Shown here in pieces: positions 47,456 through 60,399 of a DNA stretch of 64,000 nt. The notes below the pieces were generated by a model, which saw only the letters and a program-made list of their open reading frames with translations, searched no databases and was not told where the DNA came from. Source of the DNA: Vicugna vicugna (lineage: Eukaryota). Numbering within the stretch: position 1 is the stretch's first letter; each line of letters opens with the position of its first letter. The stretch spans positions 434,001-498,000 of the forward strand of contig MU059903.1 in NCBI GenBank assembly GCA_013265495.1. Direction: 5' to 3'. Position numbers and translations under genes: made by a program.

Positions 47456-48874
47456 GCAGAGTATCAGATGCCATCAATCAGTGGTCTCACAGGGACATCA
47501 TCAGACAGGGCCTCATAAGAGGCGAGGTGTTACCGAGGGTCTGGTAGCAGGCAGGGCGGCACAAACTGTCCAGCCTCTGTCTCTGCAGTTAGAGCAACAG
47601 CAGAAGGTAAAAGGGGACACGTAAGGGCCCCTTTTCCTTCCCTAGCGTGAAAATGAGTGAATCCCAGGAAGAGCTCGTCGAGGCCCAGAAATGCTGAACA
47701 GCTCTCCCCCGTAAGACAGCTGCTCCTGCTGCCGGGACAGATTACAGCCCAGCGGCCTCTGACTTGACAGGGAAGACTCAGATCAACGCCAGGGCCTGAC
47801 TCTGAGCTGGGGGAACCTCACACACCGGGCCGTCCTCAACTGAGCCCGCAGGGTCCCCACATTACTGCCCGGCGGCATCAACAGAGGCTGACCGTGCTCC
47901 CGGGTCTGAGCGAACAGGCGGGGCTTCGGTAAGAGGAAAAGCGGAAGAAGGTGGATCCAAGGGAAGGGAGAGCCCGGTGGGAAATCACGCCTCTCAGCAG
48001 AAAGGGAGGGTTCTTCCGGGCTGAGGCGCCAGCAGGGGAAGGAGGGACCCCCAGGTTATCCCAACTTGGGAACTGCCTTCTAACTCAGCCTTCCCCTGAC
48101 AAGCTGACCTGTACAAAGGCCTCGAAGACCAGTCTGTAAGACACAGCTGAGAACAAATACATGAATGACCAGGTGCCACCAGAGTTTCTGAGCAGAGCTC
48201 AGACCAGAGGCTGATGGAGAGATGGATGTGCAGGGGTCAGCTGCAGGTCAGGCCTGGTCAGGAGGTCCGTGCAGCACGCAGGGAAGGCGAGGCCGGCCTG
48301 AGACAGGGTGGTGTCAGCCTAAGGGCAGGGCAGCTGCTACCACAAGAAACACGACCCCTTACAGGACCGAATGCTTGGGAAAAGAGCACCAGCTCTAACA
48401 GTTCTGGGCGTAGGGTGACCCAAGAGGGACGGGGGCAGGAGAGCGAACGAACGCACGAACTCCCAGACACGAGGGGCCGCCACAAGCCGCGGGGACCGCA
48501 GGCAGCACACTTGACTCTAGAACACCCAACCACAAGGACATACCACTTCAAGTAGCTTTCATGAAAGAGTAAAGGTCACTTTTAGTAACATTCTCACAAA
48601 AGCACTACCTAACGGTTACTAGTCAGGAACTGGAGACAACAGGTAGTTACAAAACGTGGAAACGAATTCTAACAACATAGTAACAAAATCTGCCCGGTTT
48701 TGAGCTTCCTCCTCCCTGTACCGCAGACCCTTCTTCTCAGAGTTGACAGTCCTCATTACAAGGGAATGACGGGCAGCTTGCAGCCTGGGGGCCCGGGGGC
48801 CCAGGGGCCCGGGGGCTCGAGCTCTCTGGCGGTCGCCCAGCTCGGCCCCGACTCCCGCCGCAGCGCCCTCACAA

Positions 48875-49470
48875 ACACAGCTGGTCTTTGCACCCGTTCC
48901 TGGCACATAGCTCCTAAGACCCTGTAGCTTCCTGAGTGCCGGGGGCGCCTGTTACCCAGAACTGCCCCTTTAACCACAACAATTCATGCTAGAGCCCCAG
49001 ACAGCTTCGGGGTGGGGGCGGCTGCCGGGGGCACCAGCCATGAGACTGCAGGGTGGGCACCCCAGGCCTGGGGAGGGAAGAGGGGCCTGAGACGGAGTGG
49101 ACCACTCGCAGCTATGTAACGAGACCTCCATGAAAACCCCTACAGACGGGGGCTCCAGAGCTTCCAGGCTTGGGGGCTGGGGAGTGCGTCTCTTCCATCT
49201 CCTGTCCCTGAGCCGTCCCCTCGTAACAATCCTGTACACATGAGTAAAGCAACTTCCTGGGTTCTGAGTCATCCGGCAAATTACTGGTCAGAGGACGCCA
49301 AACGTGTGGTCGGCCGGGCAGCAGGTGGGTAGGTGAGCGCCCGCTGCAGCTGGCACCTGAGTGGGGCAGTCTCAGGGATGGGGCCCTTGGGCGGCGGGGT
49401 CCGGGCTGACTCAGTGGCACCATAGGTGGACTGAACTACACACACTCAGCTGGGGTCAGAGAACCGGGGA
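48875..49470 (+). mobile_element. MER21-like solo LTR
   Basis: ggtctttgcacccgttcctggcacatagctcctaagacc, acctccatgaaaacccc, gagcttccaggc, gagtaaagcaacttcctgggttctgag and cacactcagctgggg match recalled MER21 blocks. Confidence 0.65.
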
Positions 49471-49956
49471 GGGGCTGGTGTTGGCCTCTGCCTGGTTAAG
49501 TCCTACTCATTCACCCCTCAGTGCTGGTTATCTTCCCCCAAAGTCTGCCTTCAGCATCCCCTCACAGCGTTCCCACGCTGCCGTCTGTAATTATTTCTAC
49601 AACCTTCCCCAGCTGTCTGCGCACCAGACCAAGAGCTCCTTGAGGACGCGGTCATCCCTGCAGGCCCTTTCACAGGCCGAGCTCTCTTCCTCCTCAGGGG
49701 TCGCTCTCCCACCCCCGGCCCCAGTGGTGCCCGAGGAGTCACCACTCCTTCCTCTGAGCGGTCAGCAGATCCCTCCCTCAAAGACCCCTACCATGAAAAC
49801 GGTCTAAAACACAGCTTTACTACAGGAGCTGATGTGCCCAGGAGAGCCCCAGTAACCCAGTCTCCATCTTCAGAAACGGGGATCCTGTAGCTAAATCTGA
49901 CCCTTTAACACCAGTTACGTCAATCTGAACTTCGCCGCTTTCAGCATCTTACTCAC

Positions 49957-50052
49957 TTGGTGCATTCTTCTAAAGACTGTACGAGCATCTGCTGGAAAGA
50001 ACATATCTCTTCTAGATTTCCCATTAAATGTGAAGTGTTTGCCGAACTCAAC
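49957..50052 (-). CDS. ARHGEF7: ARHGEF7 exon (K-LSSANTSHLMGNLEEICSFQQMLVQSLEECT-K): DH domain
   Basis: Acceptor ctctag|G, donor AA|gtgagt, 96 nt, phase 2-2. Confidence 0.96.
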
Positions 50053-50273
50053 CTAGAGCAAGGAAAGCAACAGCGAAAACATGTGAACGGTTTTCCTCAC
50101 ACACACCCCCCACCCCAACGCCCCACCACGCCTCCACTCAGTAAGCCCACTGCCTATGTCCCTGGCAAACTGTCACTGAATTCTGTTCAGCGTCTCGGCC
50201 TCTACTCTCTGAAAATACAAGGGACAGCCATGGTGATGGCTACTCCAGTTAGCACAGTCACCGTCGAACTTAC

Positions 50274-50368
50274 TTCTCACTGGTCTGCAGTGGCCGTAGA
50301 TAGGCTGAAAGCACAGTCTGGAGTTCTTTAGAATACTCATTTTCTGTTTCCAAAATGTTCTGTAGCAC
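50274..50368 (-). CDS. ARHGEF7: ARHGEF7 exon ([32 protein letters not shown]): DH domain start
   Basis: Acceptor ttgtag|GTG, donor AA|gtaagt, 95 nt. Confidence 0.96.
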
Positions 50369-50769
50369 CTACAATAAATGAGGAAGGAGTCACTATTTGA
50401 CAGTAAGATGTACAAGCTTTGGAAAGTTCATCACCATCGTTCAATTCACGTTGCTGCTTCTGTGTAATACTGATTTGTAAGAATATCACTCCCGGTGGTT
50501 ATTAACTACTAAATCCACGTGATGAAGTATTACTAAGGCCACACAATTGACGTCATCCTTCAGCCACGCACATCTGAAGCAGGTATACCAGGAATGAAGC
50601 TGGAATGAATTCCATCATCAGGTAAGTGAGGCCAAGTCTGTTTAGACACAAAGGAACCACGGACAACCACGAGCATGGGTGCACGGACGGGCCCCCACGA
50701 CACTGCGGTGTGCGAAAGAAGCCATCCACCTAAAGGACCTCACGCATCTTCCATCTGCAGTGAGTCCAG

Positions 50770-50985
50770 GAATAGGCGAAACTAGTTCATGACGGCAGAA
50801 ACCAAAAGGGGGGTGGGGCATGACAATGGGGAAAGGGGCATGAGAAATTTCTAGAGTGGTGGACAAGTTCTTTACCGTGATTTGGGCAGCTGTTACACAG
50901 ATACATGCGCATGTCAGAGCTCACTAAACTGTACCCTTAAAACCTATGCATTCTGACACAAGAAAGTGTATCAACTGAAAAGATG
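50770..50985 (+). mobile_element. Old L1 (L1MC/ME-like) 3' end fragment
   Basis: aaggggcatgagaaatttctagagtggtggacaagttctttaccgtgatttggg...ttacacagatacatg...actaaactgtacccttaaaa. Confidence 0.6.
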
Positions 50986-53900
50986 ACATTTACTAGTAAT
51001 CTAGTAAATCTAAATCAATTTCTGGGAACTACAGAGCTTCATTAGGGAATATGATAGTCTCAGATCATCCTACACACGTTTATTAAAAACTAAAAGGTCT
51101 ACCAGCATAAAACCACCTTTAAATAGTCACTATTGTGCTAAAAAATAGAATTATTATAAACCAACCGTAAATTAAAATGTTTCCTGATACTCTATATTAT
51201 GTAGCAAATATAGTTACCAACTCCTAAAAGTTGAGAGATAAATACAAAGTGCAAAACGGCTGACCTACAACACGGCCCCTGCCATAACTGATCGCCCCAG
51301 AGCGCAGGTGCCTCACGGGGGGCGCGGGGCGGGGCGGGGCGGGGGGGAAGGCAGGCGAGAAGGCGCCAGGCCTGGGCGTGGGCGTGGGGCTGCCGCAGAC
51401 GAATCATGGACACTGACTCTACTCCTGGCACTGAGCAAAGGGCCTCGCCAGTATCCTGAACCCTCGGAGAACCTTTTCCTCTTACCGAGGGAAAGACTGA
51501 GCATGGAGTGGCTGAGTGAATTCTCCAAAACCACAGGGCCACTGAACGGCAGAGCCAGAAGGTGAGCCCTCACCCGATGCCGCGCTGCACCCGCTGCCTT
51601 CCCCGGCTGGGCTGCGGGAGAAGGTGAAACCCCTCCTCAACTATCTCCTTCACCCCCGTGAGACAGCCAGTACCTGCTGTCATCAGAAACTCAGTGCACG
51701 CACTAAAATGTGCTACTTTTCTTCCAAAACTAACGTGTCAACCGAAATTAATCTAACAGAAGAAATTATACAGAATAAAGACATCGAACACGCTCAGTGT
51801 TCTACCCCCGGTTTTTGATAACCAAAAAGTATGTTTGAACATTTAAGAAAAGTAATCATTAAACTAACTTGAGATTTCAGCATTAATACAAGCAACGTGG
51901 ATGAGTCTCTGCTCGCTTCTGCTTCCTGCGTTGAGGAGTGCGCAGTCACCCATGAGTAAGTGCAAACCTGCCTGAGTAACTCGGCACCGCGCTCTCTGAG
52001 ATGAGGAAAATCGGGCTCTTCCACTCTGAACTGCGCTCAGCTTCCCCCTGAACAGAGCTGTTCACGGACGACGGGAGGGGCGGCTCCGGGAGAGGGCTCC
52101 TTTGTCGGGCAGTGTGGGCGCTGATCTTACAGTGACAATGCCCTCCTTTGAAGAAATGCTCCCTGGGCCCTGAGCCCGAGGACTGGTGGACAGAGTGCAG
52201 TGTGACATGGCCATGCATCAGAGAATCACACTTTAAACCACATCTTAGCCTTGAAAATAATGTGAGGCAAGCCAAGTATAACGAGTCCCTGTACTTGAAA
52301 ACAAAAAACCTGAAAACTAAGTGTGTCATAGATGCATAAGACATAAAGTCCTTTTCTAATGTTAAAATGCAGGTTAAACCATGATTTCATGCCTTAACTA
52401 CAAATATCAAGAACTATGAGCAACGGTGCTTACAGCACACGTGGAAAACAGAAGAACAGCTCCTGGGTGACGTCAGAGGAATGTCCCGAGTGCCGGCAGA
52501 ACAAGATGACGGTGCCTTAATCGCAGCACTAAGCAGACATGCAGATACAACAGCTTCCCAAAGACCGTGTCAGAAACCAAGCCGAGGTCCTCTCCAAACA
52601 ACTGCATTTACTCAGACAGTTAAGTTGGTTAATTTCAACCACCAGATGTAAACATTACCTTCAAATACGTGCTCCGGACAAGGTCTCTAATACTCCCACC
52701 CAATCACAGTTACACTTAGCTTTTCCACAAACACACGACCAAGACTTGCTCAGCGAGTCACGCTGACGCCAACCGTCCACTCTGCCAGGGGCCACACATC
52801 CCTCCCTGGGCACGTAAGCGCGTCTGTGCACCCCAGCCATCACCTGTCTCCCCTTTCTCGACTTCTGCACACTCTGGCTGCTGCAGGACCCCATGAGACC
52901 TCACGGCCCAGCCGCCAGGGCCCCATCACACGAAGGCTGGTCCTGGAGTGCACAGGCAGCCTTCAGGGAAGAATGGCCTTCCCTCCACAGCAGGAGGAAT
53001 GCGGGCTGAGCTCAGCTGCGAGAACTCTCCCCGGGGCATGAGGCGTGGACGGCCACGTCCGGTCAAACAATGGTGCCACACAGGAGGACGACATGGGGCA
53101 AGCCACACAGACAATCCCTGAACTGTCAGCCGCTACAGCAAAGCAGAGCAAAACAAAGGGCCGACTTCATTGCCCTGCAGCCCACAGGCGCTCGTCACCG
53201 CCACAGTGAGGGAGCGCTCGCTGAGCACTGCTCATTTTACAAACGAGTCACAGCGGCCACCACACATTTTGGTTGGTGTCACATGTTCTGTTCTATATGT
53301 CATTGATAGTCCTTTAAAAATAAGTAACTGATTTACACACAAGAGAAGAAACAGTAACATTAAGTAATTTTTTAAAGATTTGATCCAGATACGGTAAGAT
53401 CATCACGAACTAAAACCAGATTTCAAAAACATAAGCCTGGTTTACAAACACAAAGGAAAAACTCCAGGACGCAATGGCTACTGTAACCCCGCTCCCACCC
53501 CCGCAACTGGCCCCAGCCCACAAGGAAGAACCACCGCTGCACGGTCCCTTTCAGCCCAGTCCATTTAGGCTGTACCCAGCACTTCACGTTTCAGAAAGTA
53601 AATTGCTGGAAAGGACTCGAGCCACTTACAAACCACCAGCCTGAGGGAAAGGAGGGGCTGGAGGAAGCAGGACCTACAGGCCCTCCCCGTCCATCCAGAG
53701 CCAGAGGCCGGGAGGACGCGGGGAGCGACCCCCACCCCCCGCCCCACCGGCCGAGTGTGTGTCTCACTCACTCAGTGTCGCCTGTTGACTTCTGCCGGTT
53801 CTGAATACTTCATACTTGATAAACGTAAGTCTCGAAGAGTCTGGGGAGGCCGCGTAAAGTGTTACTGTGTCTTTTAAAAGGAGTTATGTTATTATAGTTT

Positions 53901-55924
53901 CTAAACTGGGGATTCACAAGGTCTTGGGATGTATTTCTTCCAAATGCCAAAGGCTTACTATACGAGAGCTACAGCCAATGCTGCAGGCCCAGCCTGGCCT
54001 CCGCCACCCAGGAGGCCGGCACGCCTGCGCTGAGGTGCGTGGGGAGCCCAGGCTGCTGCAGGACCCCATGAGACCTCACGGCCCAGCCGCCAGGGCGCGC
54101 ATGCCAGCACTGCCACGGCCCACCCAGGACAGCACGCATCTGTGGGTCTGTCTCCTTTCACTGGTTTGTGATGGAGACTCAGGGGTGTCGGCTCCCTGAC
54201 TTAAGGCAGCAAGGACCCTTACAAACCACCTAGTACAGCATTCCAGCCCCAATCTGGGCTCCTGTCTGGAGCTACTTCACGTGACTCCATGAGTCAGGAA
54301 GTCACTACCTCACAAGATGGCCTTTCCCAGGATCACACAGCTCAATTCTTCCCTCACTCCTACGGCAAGTCTTAGCTACTACCCCGCCCAGCTCCTGCCA
54401 CCACCAAACACTTCATCTGTACAAAACAGGACTTTACAGGACAACGGGGGGCAGCAGACTCTATGGGAGACGTCAGCAGGCCCTCACTGCAGCGTGAACG
54501 CAGGGCACACAGGAGCGCTGGGCACAAAGCCGCACACCCCAGCCCCGCACCTGAGATGACGCCCAAGCGGAGACGTCAGACATCAGCACTGAAAAGCAAT
54601 CTTGGCCAAGGCGGGAAGAAGCAAAGGGGACCACAAAGGATAAAAGGTGCCAGACCAGGCCTTGGGGTCAGCGCGGCTCTGGGTAAACCTCCGGGCCCCA
54701 GGCCCAGGCCCTCCCTGGGCGAGCATGCACAGGCTCCAGGCAACTCCAGGAGCCGAGGGGGCAGACGGGCACGAGCTTGCTCTGCAGCACAGGAAAAGCC
54801 TGTGGGAGTCAGCTACAGCATCTAATAAAAAATGCCCGTCTACTCTGTGCGTTCATTAAAACTGGTGGCTGCTACGCACTACATCGTGTCTGCAGTCTTT
54901 CAAAGACAAAGCTACCTCGCCTTACCGTGCTATTCCACACGAGTGGGAGCAAACAGCGTTCTATGTGCTGCTCCCTGTTTAGAGAGACTGACTGAAAAAT
55001 AAAGCCACGTGCATCACTGAACACTAAGGCCGTGGGGACCTGTACCTTCCCAGAGAGACGTATTTAAGAAACCTCGTTCTCTCAAGGTGACTGAGGAAAC
55101 TCCTCGCCCCCTAAAAGAGGTGACGAAAGACCGTTCACCCTCTCTGGAGGTGGGCATCCAGCTTCTACAGGAGAAGTGCTTTCTCTGGTCTCTACCAGGA
55201 AAGGTGTGCGTTCCCGTGAAAAGGTGCAGTTCATTTCCTCCAGGGTCAGATCCATCAAGCTTAGGCAGGTCACAGGCACGCTTCCTTTACTTACATGAGC
55301 CCATCACCCCTGACCACAGCTCTCCCAGGTGACGGGGTGCCTGTCTGCAGGCAGCGTGGTATGGTGGCCTTGCTGAGGCCTGGCGCCCCAAATGCTTCTG
55401 AATGTTCTTCCTAGCAGCCATGAACACCTCTTCAGGGCCAAGAGCTTCACTGGGCACCTTGAGGCTAACTGCTAACCCTCTGAGCGATACCACAAGGCCA
55501 AGGCCAGCGTCAGCAACCTCACTCACGGAGCTGCGACCGTGCAGGAGGACGGGGGCCTTCCTCCAGGCCAGCCCACCGACTGGGTGCTCAAACACTGCAC
55601 GCAAAGCCCACACACCCCCCTCCACTCCACCACCGAAAGAAGGGCACTCCAATTATCCACAAGCACTTTGCACACCCAAAAGTAAACCTGGAGTGCTGCC
55701 TGGCACTGTGACACGACGGACACATACCACTGAGTGTTTGTCCAAACCCACAGCATGTGCCGAGTGAGCGCTGAATAAACCGCGGCCTTTGGATGACTGC
55801 GACACGTCAGCGCAGGTCGGTCCTTGGTAAAGAGGCACCACCTGGTGAGCAGTGCTGGTGCTAGGGGAGGCTTGCACGTGCGGGGCCAGGAGTCGTGCAA
55901 AGTCTCTCCCCCTCTCAATTCCAC

Positions 55925-56300
55925 TGCAAATTTAAAACTGTTCTAAAATAATAGAGTCTTTAAAAAAAAGTCCAAAGGACTAAAGCAAACTATGTTTAAA
56001 GAATTAAACTATAAGAACAATGAGTCAGCTACAGCCTGGATTTGACTACAAAAATAATCAAATGGAAATTATGAATTAAAAGGTACAATAAATAAAGTGA
56101 AGAATTCACTAGAGGGGCTCAAAATCAGATTTGAGCTAGCAAAAGCAATAATCAGCAAACACAAAGAGATCAGTAGAGATTACTCTTTGGAACAGAAAGA
56201 AAAAGTGAGGGAAAATGAACAGCGCCTCAGAGACCCGTGGGACACCACCCTGCTCATCAGCACATGCCGGGTGGGAGTCCCAGGAGGAGAGGAGGAGACA
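55925..56300 (+). mobile_element. L1 ORF1 fossil (coiled-coil/RRM junction)
   Basis: Frame 56097-56351 reads KNSLEGLKIRFELAKAIISK...EQKEKVRENEQRLRDPWDT...VGVPGGEE, which resembles the L1 ORF1p motif KNSLEGLNSRLEQAEERISE...KNEQSLRDLWD...GVPEGEE. Degenerate and truncated. Confidence 0.75.
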
Positions 56301-58755
56301 GACGACGAATGCTCCCACCGACAGCGCACGTCACGAGGAATCACCTCCTAGGCCCAGCGCTCCTCTGGCTTACCCTGGCCACCGAACAGCAGCAGGAGGA
56401 CACAGGCCCACCCCCATTCACCCGTCTCCTCACTGCCGCTTGATTTCAGTGTGTGCACCTCCACCCCGAACACTGTCCTAACTGCTCTCCACTGACCCCA
56501 GTGGGGACCCAAGTCTTTCACGTTAACTGTCTCCAGTAACATCAGCCCACACTGGTCTCACCTCCTGGAGAGCCTTCTTATCTCTCAGTGGGCTTAAAAA
56601 TACCTATACTTCTACAGTTTTCTGTAAATGCAGAAATACACAAGGAGGTGTGAAAACATCTGTCACGTTATTTCATTTTGTTCTGTGTGTCGTGTTGCGT
56701 CCCATATTTTATGTCTCTGTCTTTATAACCGTGGGATTCAGGAAAGCTGAAACTGATTCCTGGCCTAATCACTGACCATTTTCTTCACTGCAAAACTTCC
56801 ACAAACCATCTGCATGAGCTCTGCAAGCTGATGTCCATAACAACTGCAGTTCAGCCTGCGCTATCTACTAATACCGCCTACGCAAACAACGTGGATGTGA
56901 TTTTAAAGCCAAGGTGTTTTCCCGTCATCCTGAATGAGTTGGCTGATTCAAAGAGAACAGCGCATGTGCCGTGTCCCCGTATGAGCAGAGTTAAAGAAGG
57001 AAACCTAAAAAGGTACTGGTTACATTTCAGTCAGAAGAGGATCACAGAACCTGTAATGCCGAGAAGAGCCCTCCGGGACTTCTACACAAGCACGGCCACC
57101 TAGGTCCACAAGACACCCAGCGGAAGCAGGAGCCGGGAGACCAGGCCAGAGCTGCTGGCACCGACTCGCACAGGGCCACCCTGTCTCCTCTGATACGATA
57201 CTTGGACAGAGACCAACAGGAGACACGGAGGTCCGCCTCCAGAGCATCACTGTGGAGTAAGACTGCACTACTCACCCCCGGAGTCTTCCCCAGAAAGGAA
57301 ACCAACGTCTCACGTAAGAAGTTTTCCTGCTGTGAAGCCCTGAAGAACCACCCACAGGACGCACTGTGCCTTTCTGTGGCTGCAGCAGAAAACCACACAC
57401 ACAACACATTTCACCCACTAAAAAGCCAAGGTGTTACAGCAGAGCCACGTCCCGGAGGAAGTGGAGGGCAGAGCTCAGCCAGGAATGGCAGGCGCCCCCA
57501 CCTACCCAAGCCCTAGGGTTCGGACAGAGGACGTTGGAGTCCAGACCAGGAGCGTGGAGAGCTGCACAGAGAACGCGCAGAAACCAGAGCCAGACGGAGA
57601 GACGTGGATGAAGGAGCTGCCTGCGGAACAGAGGAGGCCAGGCTGCCGGGGCTCTGGGGCGGTGTGCTCGGAGACCAGGGCACAGAAAGGGGGGGTTACG
57701 CAGGGCAGAAGGGGCAGAGGGCCAGCCCACAAGGGAAGGTTCGGCCTTCCCCTCACTGCTGTCGCCCCAATGCCTGGAGCCAGCCCTGCAGAGTGCATGC
57801 CTAACAAACCCTCCAGGCCTGGGGGTAAATGCAGGTAAGCACAGGAAAACGCAGCAGAGACAGCTGAGCGCAGGAAATAAATGCTCCTGATGAGGGACCA
57901 CCGCGGGGAAACACTCATCAGTTGCTGTTTTAGTTCAAAACCTCGAAGGTCTCGTGGATTCAGATTTACATCTCCTGATCAAGAAAATAAGAAAGACTAA
58001 GAGGGGGAAAGAAATAACTACCTCTGTGCACACAGTCCACACCCACGCTCGCCCTGCAGGCTCATCGCACCGCGCGGCCGTTGCAGGGACATGAAATGGC
58101 ATCCAAATCAGGGCCTGACTTCCAGTTTCCGGCACGTGCAACTGTCCAGGAACAACGGAGGACTGGCTGACGTGTCAGACTTAATTCCACAGGCCTTCTG
58201 AGCTCACAAACGGCCCAGGTTTCAAAATGCAGCAAGTTTTAGGATTCCGAAACACCTGTCTTCACTGCGTGTGGCGCACAGACGCCCTCCTCCCAGCTGC
58301 ACACTCTCTGCATGTGCGCACGTCAGTCCCAGGGAAGGCCGTGCTAATACACAAAACCAGCGAGGACCTGCACTGGTCTGGGGACCAGCAGTCCGCATCA
58401 CCACGGGCAGGGGGTCTCTGACGCACACGAGGTCCCTAAGTCACATCAGGCACGTTGTAAAATCACATTTTTGAAAACACGTAACCATGGGGAAACAGCC
58501 ACAATACCAAGTTGGGCAAGGAGAACAGAGTACAGCGCCACACCTTAACACAAAACACAGAGGACTACAAACACACACGGAGATCGGAAAGCAACACAGC
58601 AGACCGTTACCGGAGGGTCTATCTGTGCAGCAGACAACTGACGGTTGTTATATTCATCTTCCTACTCCAGGCAGTCCGCCTGTATTCTCCGTTGCTAATT
58701 TTTAGAGACGTTCAAAAAATAAGTTATTCTATGAAAATGTTTTGCAATTACTCAC

Positions 58756-58844
58756 CACATTGTAATAGCTTTTGTTAATGGCGGTTGTATCAAATCCTTT
58801 GGGAGGGCTCTTCAAGGCTCCGGATTTGGGTGACACGGGCTTTT
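58756..58844 (-). CDS. ARHGEF7: ARHGEF7 exon (E-KPVSPKSGALKSPPKGFDTTAINKSYYNV): SH3-DH linker
   Basis: Acceptor atttcag|AA, donor GTG|gtgagt, 89 nt. Missed by the ORF track. Confidence 0.96.
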
Positions 58845-59599
58845 CTGAAATAAAGATGGAGGCAGTTTCACGGCTCCACCCTAGAGACGACCACCCGCAG
58901 CAGGCCGCACGGTGTCAGCTTCTGGTCCTCAACGGCTCTCAGAGGGAGGCGGCACAGCCCCACCTCCTCCCCATCGCCGTCAGCTCCCTGCTTAGGCCGA
59001 ACACCTCCGACAGATTCCACGGCACTGTTGTCAACAGAGCCAAGAACGTCACGGCGTGAGTGTCATTTGTCATGTTGCTGCACAGGGACGCTCACTCCCA
59101 CGTTCCACAAAGTTACAAGCCATCAGACCCCAGACCCCACTGTGTGTCATGCCGGGTCCCCACGTGCCTCAAAGCGCCAGTCTTACATTCTACACTCTCT
59201 CCGCCCAAAAGGTCTGTGCCTGGAAGGGACAGCACAGAGCACCACCCTGGGTGCTTTCTGAACCCTAATGCACAGGCGTGTGCACCACACCCCCTGCACA
59301 CGTGTGCACGCACATACAGATGCACACGCCAAACCCACCCCACAGCGAAGAAGAGGCTGACAGCACAGGCTCCTCCCAGCAGCACAAGCAAGGTGCTGTG
59401 CCACCTCGTGCCCTGCCTGCTCTCTCACAGCCAGTGAATATGGGCGTCCAGAATTCAGTCTGCATTCTGTGTCATTTCTCTATGTCAAAAATGAACAGAA
59501 AATACTGAAAAATGACAAACTCAGGAAGCGGCAGTGTGCGTGCTCATTAAGCACCTGTGGATCAGCAAGCGAGAGTCACTCAGCTCCGGCGTCACACTG

Positions 59600-60212
59600 C
59601 TGCCAGGGTGACGAGAGGCGCTGGAGGCCGTCAGTGCTGGGCCGGGCCTTCGTGACGAAACCGCCATAACATCCCAACAGCAGGGGCTTTCGAGAGCTTC
59701 CAGGTTGGTGACACACCTACGTGCCAGGAGGGTGGCATCCAAACTCCACAGGGACAGAAACCCCTACGCTCAGGACCCTTCTGGCCCTCACCCCGAGGGC
59801 CGCCAGTCTGGCTGGCTGCTTCCCGGGACCCTCCACCACACCCTTCATTAAACACTAAACCAGGAAGCGTAGGCCGCACATCCTCCAAGCTCTGTGAGGC
59901 GTCGCAGCAAATCATCAAACCCCAGGAGAGGGTCGTGGGAGCCCCAGCTTACAGCCAGGCAGAAGCACAGGTGACCACCTGCGGCCTGCAGCGTACACAG
60001 TGGGGTCAGCCTGGGGACTGAGCCCTCAACCTCTGTGACCCTAACTCCACGTGGATGGCATCAGAACTGAATTGAACTGTGGACACCCAGCTGGTGTGAG
60101 CAAATTGCCTGAAGTGTGGGTTTTCCAAGGAAATGTGTTTCGGAAGGGTTCCCAGTGTGGTGGTAGTGTGGGAAGACAGGAGAGACAGAGGTCTGGGGTC
60201 TTCTTACCAGTG
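59600..60212 (+). mobile_element. MER21-like solo LTR, abutting an assembly gap
   Basis: cgagagcttccaggttggtgacacac, agggtcgtgggagcccc, ggggactgagccctcaacc and tcagaactgaattgaactgtggacacccagctggtgt. Confidence 0.7.
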
Positions 60213-60344
60213 NNNNNNNNNNNNNNNNNNNNNNNNNNNNNNNNNNNNNNNNNNNNNNNNNNNNNNNNNNNNNNNNNNNNNNNNNNNNNNNNNNNNNNNN
60301 NNNNNNNNNNNNNNNNNNNNNNNNNNNNNNNNNNNNNNNNNNNN
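60213..60344. other. Assembly gap (132 N)
   Basis: Run of N. Confidence 1.
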
Positions 60345-60399
60345 TCCACTCACACCAGGTTCTCAGGAGCCAAATGCACTGAGACAGAAGGTTGAACAG

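Noticed and set aside
56097-56351. L1 ORF1-like ORF as a functional or domesticated gene
   Set aside because: Short, degenerate, no ATG context and no intact flanking L1. Treated as a fossil.
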